Of a stretch of DNA of 64,000 nucleotides, positions 9,111 to 18,890 are shown in pieces. Below the pieces are notes generated by a model that was not told where the DNA came from, ran no database searches, and was given only the letters and a program-made list of their open reading frames with translations. The translations under genes and the position numbers were made by a program. The stretch lies in contig CAVVES010000010.1 of the NCBI GenBank assembly GCA_963747225.1, forward strand, positions 11,336-75,335. Direction: 5' to 3'. Every line of letters begins with the position of its first letter. Positions within the stretch are counted from its first letter, which is position 1. The DNA is from an uncultured beta proteobacterium (lineage in GTDB: Bacteria > Pseudomonadota > Gammaproteobacteria > Burkholderiales > JAEUMW01).

Positions 9111-10487
9111 CTAATTCAACTGGATGCGCTCTCCCCACGGCACTGAAGCTCGCCCCTTCACGAGCCACATCACCGGGTACGGAGGCTCTTCGGCAGGAAA
9201 CTCTCCCTGCCCGTCGGTAAAGTAGATCAACAGATCGGGGGATATCCGCTCACGCTCGATCCACTCAAATACCGGTGTAAAGCGGGTCCCGCCTCCCGCA
9301 TCGACAGTCTTGGGAAGACGGAATTCTTCCCAGGGGGCAAAACGCCAGGGCCCGTCGGGGGAGAGGCGATCGTCGCAGGTATGGAGCACCAGGTTTGCAC
9401 GCACCTGTCCCTTCAGGGCATCGATTTCGGAGGTGAACTCGCGCATTTCCTCCTCGCCGATCGAGCCGCTCGTATCCAGTGCAATGATCACAAGGACCTC
9501 GCCGCTCGCAAGGCGCGGCAGCAGTGCGTCTCCCTCACGACGCGAACTGCGCTGGAAACTGTAGTCGTCCCGGGCGACATTCAGGAAGAACCGGGCAAGC
9601 AAGGTTCGCCACGGCACGCGCGGCTGGATCAGATGTTCCAGGGACCGTGCCAGCGAGTCGGAAAGGCGTCCGGCTCGCATCGCGCTCTGGGCGGCCGATG
9701 CCAGCCGGCTTTGCCAGCACTGGACCAGCGCCTCTTCGTCGTGCGGCGAAGCGGACAGAGCGTCCTGCAGCAGCACGCCAAATTCATCGCGATGACCGCT
9801 GCGTGCGCCGGCGCCGGTCTCCTCCCCTCTCTCGTTCGCACCTCCGACCTCTGTTCGCCCGTCCTTGCTCCTCTGCTCGGCGAACCTTTGATGTGGAGGG
9901 CTATCGGTTCTCGAGTCGGCGAAGGGGGCGGCTCCCATTTCGAAGAGATGCCTATCCAGCGGCACCTCTCTGGTGTCGGCCGGGATCAGCGGGTAGATTT
10001 CCTCGGCCGTCAAACCCCGATAATCCTCGTTCACGAGCGCCTCAGCGGGTGGACGCATGCCATCTTGGATCAGAATGAGGTTAACCGCGTGATCGCAGGC
10101 GACATCCCAGCGCCTCTTAATCCGATGCGAACGGCGTGCGAAATGCCCCAAGGCACAATGGAGCGCTTCGTGGGCGAGCACGAACTGGGTCTCAGTCAGT
10201 GTCAGTTCCGCGATGTAAGCGGAATTGAAGTAGAGGGCGCGCGCGTCGGTTGCGACGGTAGGACAACGTTCCGCAGCCATTTTGATCAGAGGCAAATGCA
10301 TGACCAGCGACCCGATGAAGGGCCGCTCCAGGATGAGCCGCGTCCGCGCCGCTGAGAGCTTGGTGTAGGTTTCGGAGATCACGTCCGATCGGGATTCGTG
10401 CGCGGGCGCTCGGGTGCCCGTATTGGAACGGGTCAACGCCCGCCCATCACCTCGTAGAGCATCAGCGAAGTCACGCTGTTTGCCCAT
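9111..10487 (-). CDS. VWA-like domain protein with N-terminal HExxH putative metallopeptidase domain (DUF2201-type)
   Basis: HEALHCALGH motif. C-terminal IIALDTSGSIGEEEM (DxSxS MIDAS-like). The ATG at 10487 overlaps the upstream ATPase by 55 nt; an alternative TTG at 10436 forms a TTGA overlap with its stop. Confidence 0.75.
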   Translation of the reverse strand: MGKQRDFADALRGDGRALTRSNTGTRAPAHESRSDVISETYTKLSAARTRLILERPFIGSLVMHLPLIKMAAERCPTVATDARALYFNSAYIAELTLTETQFVLAHEALHCALGHFARRSHRIKRRWDVACDHAVNLILIQDGMRPPAEALVNEDYRGLTAEEIYPLIPADTREVPLDRHLFEMGAAPFADSRTDSPPHQRFAEQRSKDGRTEVGGANERGEETGAGARSGHRDEFGVLLQDALSASPHDEEALVQCWQSRLASAAQSAMRAGRLSDSLARSLEHLIQPRVPWRTLLARFFLNVARDDYSFQRSSRREGDALLPRLASGEVLVIIALDTSGSIGEEEMREFTSEIDALKGQVRANLVLHTCDDRLSPDGPWRFAPWEEFRLPKTVDAGGGTRFTPVFEWIERERISPDLLIYFTDGQGEFPAEEPPYPVMWLVKGRASVPWGERIQLN

Positions 10488-11491
10488 TCGGCGAACTCCG
10501 GCACGTCGAAGAGCGGCCTGCCTACCGATCTGTGCATGTCGGTAACCAGCATGATGCCCATCTCCCGCTGCGGGAAGTGGCGCGCGTAGGCGAGGACGTG
10601 ACCATAGATGCGCTTTGCGTCCGGACGCTCGCGCACCTCGCGGACGCGCCGTACCAGCGCCGCCGCGACCCCGTATTGCAGGTCGATGTCGGAAGGCACC
10701 ATGTGCTCCTCGCCGCGGAGGATAGCGTCAATGTCCGGCAGTCGTTCCATGTTGTCGATGAACGCCCTGACCTCCACCCCGGCGGATTTGCCAACGCAGG
10801 CCTGCAGCGCATCGCCGAGCAACGCGGGCGCATCGGAGAACTTCTTCAATGCGAGGTGCGCGAACTCCCACGAGCGCGGGCTCGGAAATGCGACGGGGTT
10901 GTGGGCGGGATCGAAATCGAACAGGAGTTCCGGTCGAAACCGCAGGAAGGCGACGATACGGTGGTCGATGCCGGAGTCGTACGCCCAGGCCACCCAATCA
11001 TCGAGATGGGGCTCGATCTCGTAGTGAGTGAATCGGTTCGCGAGGGGCGCCGGCATTACGTACGTCACGCCGCGGTCACCCTGCCGGTTTCCCGCTGCGA
11101 AAACCGCCCATCCCTCGGGGATGCGATATTCGCCGAGACGCCGATCGAGAATGAGCTGGTAGGCCGCTGCCGATACCGTCGCAGGGGCGGTGTTGACCTC
11201 GTCGAGAAACAGGATGCCGCGTGCGCCATGGCGGCGAGCGTCCGGCAGCATTGCCGGCACCGACCATTCCACCGTGTCCTGATTGCGGAATGGAATGCCG
11301 CGCAGGTCGGTCGGCTCCATCTGCGCCAGTCGGATGTCGATCAGCGGGGCATCGTGCGCTCTCGCGATGTCGGCGATGATGCGCGACTTGCCCACGCCGG
11401 GCGCACCCCAGACCATCACCGGAGCATGGTGTCCCGCGGACGCCGCCAGGAACTCGCGATCCAGAATCGACAGGATATGGGACGGCCGCAT
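10433..11491 (-). CDS. MoxR/AAA_5-family ATPase
   Basis: Walker A GAPGVGKS, Walker B ILFLDEVN, ...FAAGNRQGDRGV...PAPLANRF. Confidence 0.85.
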   Translation of the reverse strand: MRPSHILSILDREFLAASAGHHAPVMVWGAPGVGKSRIIADIARAHDAPLIDIRLAQMEPTDLRGIPFRNQDTVEWSVPAMLPDARRHGARGILFLDEVNTAPATVSAAAYQLILDRRLGEYRIPEGWAVFAAGNRQGDRGVTYVMPAPLANRFTHYEIEPHLDDWVAWAYDSGIDHRIVAFLRFRPELLFDFDPAHNPVAFPSPRSWEFAHLALKKFSDAPALLGDALQACVGKSAGVEVRAFIDNMERLPDIDAILRGEEHMVPSDIDLQYGVAAALVRRVREVRERPDAKRIYGHVLAYARHFPQREMGIMLVTDMHRSVGRPLFDVPEFAEWANSVTSLMLYEVMGGR

Positions 11492-11693
11492 GGGTTGCGC
11501 GAAAGTCTGACTAACAACGAAGCACGGGCGCTCGACTCCCGTGCGCTGAAACCAGGCGGTAAATCGGAGGGCGATGATAGCATGGCGCTATCGAGTACTT
11601 CTCGCGGCCGAAGCTTCGGCGCCGGAGTTTCCGGCCACCCGCCGGTCGCATATAGTAGCGGCCTTGCGCGAGGCACCTACCCTACCCCCGACC

Positions 11694-12284
11694 ATGAAGT
11701 TCTGCAGCAATTGTGGCGGACCCCTTGCGATCCGCATTCCCGACGGAGACAACGCACCGCGCCATGTCTGCGATCGCTGTAATGCCGTCCACTATCTGAA
11801 CCCGAAGTTGATCGTCGGCTGCATCCCGGAATGGGAGGGCAAGGTCTTGCTGTGCCGACGTGCCATCGAGCCGCGTCACGGACTCTGGACCGTGCCAGCC
11901 GGGTTCATGGAGATGAACGAGACGACCACTAACGGGGCGCTGCGCGAAACCCTGGAGGAAGCCAATGCCCGGGTCGAAATCGAACAGCTCTATGCCCTTT
12001 ACAGCCTTCCCCACATCGGCCAGGTTTACATGCTGTTTCGGGCGCGATTGCTGGACCTGAACTTCTCCGCGGGCCAGGAGACGCTGGAGGCGCGTCTCTT
12101 CGGAGAATCCGAGGTTCCCTGGGACGAAATCGCTTTCGTGACCGTGCGCAATACCCTACGTCATTATTTCAGCGATGCGAAGCGTGGGGAGTTCAGCTTT
12201 CACATGGGCACAGTGGAACCCATGTCCCGGAATACTTCCGGCGCAACCTATTCTTCCCGTCAGGAAGACGTGCGCAGCGAGTGA
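11694..12284 (+). CDS. NUDIX hydrolase with N-terminal zinc-ribbon
   Basis: CSNCG...CDRC zinc ribbon. Nudix box GLWTVPAGFMEMNETTTNGALRETLEEA. Confidence 0.85.
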   Translation: MKFCSNCGGPLAIRIPDGDNAPRHVCDRCNAVHYLNPKLIVGCIPEWEGKVLLCRRAIEPRHGLWTVPAGFMEMNETTTNGALRETLEEANARVEIEQLYALYSLPHIGQVYMLFRARLLDLNFSAGQETLEARLFGESEVPWDEIAFVTVRNTLRHYFSDAKRGEFSFHMGTVEPMSRNTSGATYSSRQEDVRSE

Positions 12285-12310
12285 ATCTCGCGCACTGGCT
12301 CAGCGAAAAT

Positions 12311-12338
12311 GAAAAGGGGGCGCATGCGCCCCCTTTTC
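12311..12338. terminator. Bidirectional intrinsic terminator
   Basis: Perfect 28-nt palindrome GAAAAGGGGGCGCA/TGCGCCCCCTTTTC with A/T runs on both sides, between the convergent NUDIX and OmpA-like genes. Confidence 0.7.
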
Positions 12339-12358
12339 AATCAGAACACACGAGTGCG

Positions 12359-13117
12359 TTATCGATGATTGACTTGCGACCCCGCCTGGGCGGTCTTCGG
12401 TGGCTCGCTCTGAACCGTCGAGGCCGCCGTCGTGTCTGAAGTAACTGCGTCACGATAGACCAGAATCTCGACTCGGCGATTCTTGGCGCGTCCTTGGGAG
12501 CTCGTATTCGCCTTGAGAGGCGCGCTCTCACCGTAGGAGACGGGGATCACCTGCACGCCCCCGAGCTCCGTCGCCTTCTGCGTGGAAAGATAACGTGCCA
12601 CAGCGTTTGCGCGCTTCTGACCCAGATCGTAGTTATAGTCCGGGTTCCCCGAGTTGTCGGTGTGGCCAGCCACCACGAAGGTAGTTCCCTCGATACCGGC
12701 GGACTCGTTCTTCATGTCGCTCAGCATCGCGTTGATTTCCTTCTTTGCCTTGGCCGGGAGATCGGCGGAATCGAACTTGAAGGTGGCGCCGTCTTTCATG
12801 TCGATCACCACGCGCCGTTCGACCTTGAGGTTGGAGAGCGCGCTCAGGGCCTTCTCGGTCTTGGTATCCATGGCTCCGATCTTGCCGTCGTAACCGGCGA
12901 GCTTGACCTCAAACCCGGCCATGCGGTTGTTCATGGTGCCGAGTTGGTTCTCCGCCGTGGTGAGGCGGGCTTCGTTCTTCGCAACGCGCTCAGCCAGGGG
13001 ATCGAGCTGCTGATTGGCCCAATCCCGGGTGGCAACGCACCCCTGCGACAAAAGCAAGGCAACTAAACCTCCTGCAGCCAAGACAACCTTCGCACCGCTT
13101 TGGGTATCAATCTTCAT
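12359..13117 (-). CDS. OmpA-family (peptidoglycan-associated) lipoprotein with coiled-coil linker
   Basis: Lipobox LSQGC. C-terminal OmpA_C pattern ...VAGHTDNSGNPDYNYDLGQKRANAVARYL...NRRVEILV. Confidence 0.85.
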   Translation of the reverse strand: MKIDTQSGAKVVLAAGGLVALLLSQGCVATRDWANQQLDPLAERVAKNEARLTTAENQLGTMNNRMAGFEVKLAGYDGKIGAMDTKTEKALSALSNLKVERRVVIDMKDGATFKFDSADLPAKAKKEINAMLSDMKNESAGIEGTTFVVAGHTDNSGNPDYNYDLGQKRANAVARYLSTQKATELGGVQVIPVSYGESAPLKANTSSQGRAKNRRVEILVYRDAVTSDTTAASTVQSEPPKTAQAGSQVNHR

Positions 13118-13733
13118 GGATTTTTCCTCCAGTTATACTCCTGGGACAGTCCTTCCGATGCCATCGCGCTCAAGATCGCGGAACGCGCGGCCCAACTCGC
13201 CCACTTGCCACTGGACGACAGCGGGCGAAAAGCTTTTACCAATTGTACGGCTCATCACGAGACCCTCCAACGGGCGCACCGCCCGTGGAAGCCGACACCG
13301 TTTGCAGAGCGCTTTCCACCATGCGTGAAGAACCGCCGTCGCACACGTCAATCCCGGCGATGACGCTCGAAACCGCATCGCAACGGGAGACGTACTGTGT
13401 TCGCGAACCCGACCTTACCATGCTACCTCTAAAGAAAAAGCGCGACAAATACAGTATTCCGCACCAGGAATGGGTTTAGAAGCCTTTTCTCATCCAAGTC
13501 CTTCCGAATCCAGACGAAGGTCTTGATTAGTTTTAACCCACTCCGAGTGAAGCATAGAGGATATGGGAAAAGAAATCCAACCGTGCTCTGTCTCGGATTC
13601 GAATATTTCAGTCCAGAGTGTTGGATGCGCGCAACGTCTGCGTGCCTTCGCCCGTCGACGCGAGCGCGCCTGATAGCATTCGAGGTTAATGTGTCACATC
13701 GATTTCGATAGCGTTTTTCAACGATCGCATCCC

Positions 13734-15309
13734 ATGCACACCTTGCGCTTCGACAACACCTTCGTCCGGGAACTGCCGGCCGATTCGGAATCCGGCCCGC
13801 GTGTGCGACAAGTGCGCGCAGCGCTCTATTCGCGGGTGGATCCAACCGCCGTACCTGCGCCACGACTGATCGCCCATTCGCGGGAGGTGGCTGCCCTGCT
13901 TGGCATCGACGAGGCAACCGTCGCATCGCCATTGTTCGCTGAGGTGTTCGGGGGCAATGCGCTGATGGAGGGCATGCAGCCCTATGCAGCGAACTACGGA
14001 GGCCACCAGTTCGGCCACTGGGCCGGTCAGCTCGGCGACGGCCGCGCGATCACGCTCGGCGAGGTGATCAACGAGTCACGAGAGAGGTGGGAGCTCCAGC
14101 TCAAGGGTGCGGGCAAGACGCCCTACGCGCGGACGGCGGACGGGCCGTGCCGTGCTGCGCTCTTCCGTCCGCGAGTTTCTCTGCAGCGAGGCGATGTACC
14201 ACCTGGGCGTGCCGACGACCCGTGCGTTGAGCCTGGTTGCAACCGGCGAGCAGGTCGTGAGGGACATGTTCTACGATGGCCGCCCGAAGCTGGAACCGGG
14301 TGCGGTCGTGTGCCGGGTGGCCCCTTCGTTCATTCGCTTCGGCAATTTCGAACTGCCCGCGGCTCGCGGCGACACCGTGCTCTTGAACCGGCTGATCAAT
14401 TTCACGATTCGCCGCGACTTCCCCGAGTTGATTGCAGAGACGAGCGCAGTCGAGAGCCAATCGGTCCGTGCGGAGTGGTTCGGGCAGGTGTGCGAGAGAA
14501 CGGCACGGATGGTGGCCCACTGGATGCGCGTGGGTTTCGTGCACGGGGTGATGAATACGGACAATATGTCGATCCTCGGTCTCACCATCGACTACGGGCC
14601 CTATGGCTGGATCGACGACTTCGATCTCGACTGGACGCCGAATACGACCGACGCGCAGGGACGGCGCTATCGCTTCGGTCATCAACCACAAGTCGCGTAC
14701 TGGAACCTTGGCCGGCTCGCCCAAGCACTGGCTCCTGCCTTCGCTTCCGTCGAGGCGCTGGAGGTTGGGCTTGCCCGATATGCCCATACGTTCTTCGCCG
14801 CGGACCGCGCCCACATCGCAGCCAAGCTAGGCCTTGCCGAATGCGCCGAGGAGGATGCCGATCTGATGCAAACGCTTTACACACTCCTCGCCGAAGCGGA
14901 GGTCGACATGACTCTATTTTTCCGCGCCCTGGCGGACTTGGACATCGACGCGCCCTCGCTGATCCCCTTCGACGCTGCGTTCTATGACCCGGCAAAGCGG
15001 CAGCAAGCCGAGTCAAGGTTCCTGGACTGGCTCCGACATTACGCGTCCCGCGTGCGGACAGAGGCGCTGGCCCCGGCCGCGCGCAGCGCCCGCATGCGTG
15101 GTGCCAATCCGCGCTACGTGCTGCGCAACTACCTGGCGCAAGAGGCAATCGATCGCGCCGAGCAAGGAGACGCTGCCGGCATCCACGAATTACTCGAAGT
15201 GTTGCGCCGTCCCTACGACGACCAGCCGGGACGCGAGCGATTTGCCCAGCGGCGGCCGGAGTGGGCGCGCAACCGTGCGGGTTGCTCGATGCTTTCCTGC
15301 AGCTCGTGA
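13734..15309 (+). pseudogene. selO: Protein adenylyltransferase SelO (YdiU), interrupted by one apparent 1-nt insertion
   Basis: [17 protein letters not shown]...[19 protein letters not shown]...[17 protein letters not shown] continues in the +1 frame ([28 protein letters not shown]...[10 protein letters not shown]...). The frame change is near 14140-14146, in a G run. Confidence 0.85.
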
Positions 15310-15332
15310 GTGACTCATCTCGAGGCAAGATC

Positions 15333-16334
15333 ATGAGGCTCTCCGTGCTCGACCAATCGACTGCCGCCAAGGGGCGCAGCCAGGCTATCGCGATCCGCGA
15401 GACGCTCGATCTCGCGCGCCTGTGCGACACCCTCGGCTATTACCGCTACTGGGTTTCGGAACATCACAACAGCGACAGCATCGTGGGTACGGCGCCGGAG
15501 GTGCTCATGGCAGCGATCGCGGCGGCGACGCAGCGCATCCGTATCGGCAGCGCCGGGGTCATGCTGCCGCACTATTCGGCGCTGAAGGTCGCCGAGCAGT
15601 TCCGTGTGCTGGAAGCGATCGCGCCGGGACGCATCGACCTCGGTGTCGGACGTGCACCGGGATCGGACCGCCTCACCGCGTTCGCCCTGAATCCCCACGC
15701 GAACGCTCTCGACGAGTTTCCGCAGCAGGTGCATGACCTGCAGGCGTGGGTGTCGGATGCGCCGCTTCCGGGAGATCACCCCTTCCGCGCGATCAAGGCG
15801 CACCCTCGGGGCCCTACCAGTCCCGAGCTCTGGATTCTCAGCAGCTCGGATTACGGCGCGCAACTTGCCGCCCATTTTGGGCTGCCCTACGCATTCGCCT
15901 ACTTCTTCACCGATGGCAAGGGCGTGGAGGAAGCGCTGGATCTGTATCGAAAAAACTACCGCCCGAGCGCGCGCTACCCGGAGCCGCAGGCGACCATTTG
16001 CGTTTGGGCGCTGGCGGCCGAAACCGAGGCCGAAGCGCGACGGTTGCTGATGACGCGTGAGTTCTGGCGCATCGGCTTCGAGCAGGGAATCCGCAAGCCG
16101 CTGATCTCCCCCGAAGATGCTGCCGCATACCCCTATACGGACGCCGAGCGCACCATCATCGAGGCGCTGCGCCGGAAAGCCATCGTGGGCACGCCGGAGC
16201 AGGTCGCTGCGCGCCTGACGGACCTCGCGCAACGTCTGGCGCTGGATGAGCTCGTGATCGTAACCTGGACCTACGATCCCGCCCCGCGACAACGATCCTA
16301 CGAGTTGCTCGCGGAAGCGTTTCGACTGAGCTGA
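15333..16334 (+). CDS. LLM-class (luciferase-like) flavin-dependent oxidoreductase
   Basis: MRLSVLDQS...YYRYWVSEHHN...GSAGVMLPHYSALKVAEQFRVLEAIAPGRIDLGVGRAPG. Confidence 0.85.
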   Translation: MRLSVLDQSTAAKGRSQAIAIRETLDLARLCDTLGYYRYWVSEHHNSDSIVGTAPEVLMAAIAAATQRIRIGSAGVMLPHYSALKVAEQFRVLEAIAPGRIDLGVGRAPGSDRLTAFALNPHANALDEFPQQVHDLQAWVSDAPLPGDHPFRAIKAHPRGPTSPELWILSSSDYGAQLAAHFGLPYAFAYFFTDGKGVEEALDLYRKNYRPSARYPEPQATICVWALAAETEAEARRLLMTREFWRIGFEQGIRKPLISPEDAAAYPYTDAERTIIEALRRKAIVGTPEQVAARLTDLAQRLALDELVIVTWTYDPAPRQRSYELLAEAFRLS

Positions 16335-16376
16335 CCCGATGCTGCTGCGATCGGGGACGCCCGGCCACCGGCCGCG

Positions 16377-17618
16377 TCAGCGGGTCATGACGAGTACCAA
16401 TATCTTGCCCTTTCCCGTTTCCATCGGCTCCATCGCCTTGCCGATGATCGCACCGACTGCCTGGTCGCGGTCGAGGACCTTTTGCGCATGACCCGGCGTA
16501 GCGCTCGTGGTGAGCAGATCGCCGACGGCGATGGGTGCGGCGTCGGCGTCGACGTTGCACGGCACCCGTCCGCATAGGGCGATCGGCACCTCTTCCTGTT
16601 CCGTTCCGAGTATGAACGCCGCATCCCCCGAGGCGATGCCGATGACCCGTGTCGTACGCGCGGCGCAACGCTCGACCGTCTCCTTCGCGTCGCCCATCAC
16701 CACGACCTCGCCGGGTTCGATGCTATCGAGCACCCTGAAGCGCTCCGCGATGTCCATTCCACGCGCCTGAAAACCCGACTTGATGAACACAGTACCGGCG
16801 GCGTCCAGCCATAGATTCGGCTCGCCACGAATTCCGTCGTTGCCGTAAGCCCCCCCTTCAGACAGCCCGATCTTAATGGTGTGTGCCTGCTGGACTACGA
16901 GGGGGCCGCCGACGACGTTCACGGATCCGTTGACATTCAGCTCGTCCCAGACCGAGACCCGTCGCTTGAACGGCACGGTGGTCCGTCCCAGGATCATCAG
17001 CGTGTTGTAGTTCGCCGAGTTCTCGATGGCCGCGAATCCGGCGTTGTTGCCGAATCCGGTATGGCTGTGGTTAGTCTCGGTGAAGTAGAGGTCGGAGCTT
17101 CCGGCGAAGAGTCCGCCGTTTGAGGTAAGCGGACCTGAAACGATGAGCCCGCCGGGCAGAACGCCTCCCGGCGCGATCTGGTCGGCATCGATCAGTAGGC
17201 CACCTTCAATGCTGACAATCTGCACGTCGGCATGCTTGACGGGATGCATCGCCAGCGGATTGGGGCTCACGAGTACGTGATCAGGCTCGGCGACGAGCAC
17301 CGTCATCTGCGTGTCGACTTCATTCACCGGCACGGTCACCACGTCGTTCACCTGCGGCATCGTTGGAAACGCTCCCTTTTCGATCCGGTAGACTTCGTGG
17401 CCGAGAAAGTCAGTCAACAGAAACGGCTTCTCGGGAGCGAGCACGATGCTTTCGCCGGCGTGCTTGCCTAGCAACGCCCCCCAGAATATTTCGGGAAGTT
17501 TTTGACTGCCGAAACCGATGGATCCAGATTCAAGCTCGCGCAACAGGTCGGCGCCGCCCGCAACGTAGCGCAACGTCGCCTTCAAGCTCAGGGTTGATCC
17601 CGGTCCGATACGTGCCAT
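16377..17618 (-). CDS. SlyD/FKBP-like N-terminal domain fused to a beta-rich fibre-like region and a conserved C-terminal domain (function unknown)
   Basis: 413 aa from the ATG at 17618 with GAAGGAG 7 nt upstream. The N-terminal ~140 aa are collinear with SlyD-type FKBP (…GKHAGESIVL…VLVSPNPLAMHPVKHADVQIVSIE). The remainder is DLYFTETNHSHTGFGNNAGFAAIENSANYNTLMILGR…GDLLTTSATPGHAQK…IIGKAMEP…ILVLV. The 623-aa track ORF is an upstream read-through. Confidence 0.7.
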   Translation of the reverse strand: MARIGPGSTLSLKATLRYVAGGADLLRELESGSIGFGSQKLPEIFWGALLGKHAGESIVLAPEKPFLLTDFLGHEVYRIEKGAFPTMPQVNDVVTVPVNEVDTQMTVLVAEPDHVLVSPNPLAMHPVKHADVQIVSIEGGLLIDADQIAPGGVLPGGLIVSGPLTSNGGLFAGSSDLYFTETNHSHTGFGNNAGFAAIENSANYNTLMILGRTTVPFKRRVSVWDELNVNGSVNVVGGPLVVQQAHTIKIGLSEGGAYGNDGIRGEPNLWLDAAGTVFIKSGFQARGMDIAERFRVLDSIEPGEVVVMGDAKETVERCAARTTRVIGIASGDAAFILGTEQEEVPIALCGRVPCNVDADAAPIAVGDLLTTSATPGHAQKVLDRDQAVGAIIGKAMEPMETGKGKILVLVMTR

Positions 17619-17870
17619 CGTCGTGTGCTCCTTCGCTGGAGAGTCGGTGCTGTCCGCCAGGACAGCGGGAGGTAACCGCGCCTTTTTCGGCGCGCGACCC
17701 GCACGCCTGTAGACCGGTTCGACCAGGGAAGGATAGGAAATCCGACCGGACAAGTCCAACCGGTGGGACTCGCTCCGGTTTAGTGTCCCGCAAGGAAGCT
17801 GAGCGGGAACGCTGGTGCAACACGTCTCGTGTAAACTGAAAATTCCAACTCCCTCCAATCCCCCGTTCCA

Positions 17871-18083
17871 ATGAAAAATCCCTGGACCAAGAAGAACCCT
17901 CTCATGAGCATGTGGCTGAGCGGCGCGAATGCGGTGGCCGGCTCGGTGCGCGGCCGTGCCACGCGCGAAGTCAAGCGTCAGGCCTCGACTGCGATGACGA
18001 AAGGAACCAAACAGATGCTGAGCTTCTGGAGCGGCGGCTGGATTGTTCCGACCAAGACGCGAAAGAGAAGGAAGTCCCGCTAG
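17871..18083 (+). CDS. Small basic hypothetical protein (70 aa)
   Basis: ATG start; MKNPWTKKNPLMSMWLSGANAVAG... resembles small conserved proteins I recall from Burkholderiales. No obvious SD, so weak. Confidence 0.4.
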   Translation: MKNPWTKKNPLMSMWLSGANAVAGSVRGRATREVKRQASTAMTKGTKQMLSFWSGGWIVPTKTRKRRKSR

Positions 18084-18880
18084 GAGTACGTCAGTCCACC
18101 CGTCGGACTGATCGTCGAGCCCGTAATGAACCGGGCGTTGTCGGACGCGAGAAAAGCCGCAATGGAACCAATGTCTGCCGGGTCGGCGAGCCCGAAGGGC
18201 GCTCGTTCCTGTATCTTCTGGAAGCGGCGCCGCTTCTCCTCCGACCATGTGTCCCGCCCTTCAAACGCCTCAAACGAAGGGGTGTCCGCCACTAGCGTGA
18301 CGGCAATGCAGTTGACCCTGATCCGGTGGCGCGCGAGTTCCTTCGCCAGCACCTTCGTCGTCATGATGAGACCGGCGGCGTAGGTAGCGACGGCAGTCTG
18401 GCCGGGAGTGGGAAACCTGCCTCCCTCCGACGTGACGAATACGATATTGCCGGCGCCGCGGGAGATCATGTGCGGCACGACCGCCCGAACCGGCGTCAGC
18501 TTGCCCGATGTCGCGCGTCCCACGAGCTCGACCACGTCGGCGATTTCGAGCTCTTCGAAAGGGCCGAAGGACTGGCGCGAACGTCCATCCTGCGGGGCGG
18601 AACCACCCGCGCTCGCGACCATGATGTCGACCTGCCCGTAGAGTTCGATCGCCCGGGCGACGAGCCGGTCCATATCGGGCTGGGAGAGAACGTCGCCGGC
18701 AATGTAGGTTGCTTCGCCCTGACGGGCCTGGATCTCCTGGACGACCGCCCGACCTTTCGCGGTAGTGCGACCGTTGACGATCACCTTCGCGCCTTCCCCG
18801 GCGAGCGTGAGCGCGACGCCCCGCCCGATGCCACCATTCGCGCCGGTGACGATTGCGACCTTGCCTTCGAGCCCGTCCAT
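18080..18880 (-). CDS. SDR-family oxidoreductase
   Basis: TGANGGIGRG cofactor motif and typical SDR layout, 266 aa. Confidence 0.9.
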   Translation of the reverse strand: MDGLEGKVAIVTGANGGIGRGVALTLAGEGAKVIVNGRTTAKGRAVVQEIQARQGEATYIAGDVLSQPDMDRLVARAIELYGQVDIMVASAGGSAPQDGRSRQSFGPFEELEIADVVELVGRATSGKLTPVRAVVPHMISRGAGNIVFVTSEGGRFPTPGQTAVATYAAGLIMTTKVLAKELARHRIRVNCIAVTLVADTPSFEAFEGRDTWSEEKRRRFQKIQERAPFGLADPADIGSIAAFLASDNARFITGSTISPTGGLTYS

Positions 18881-18890
18881 GAGCCGGATA

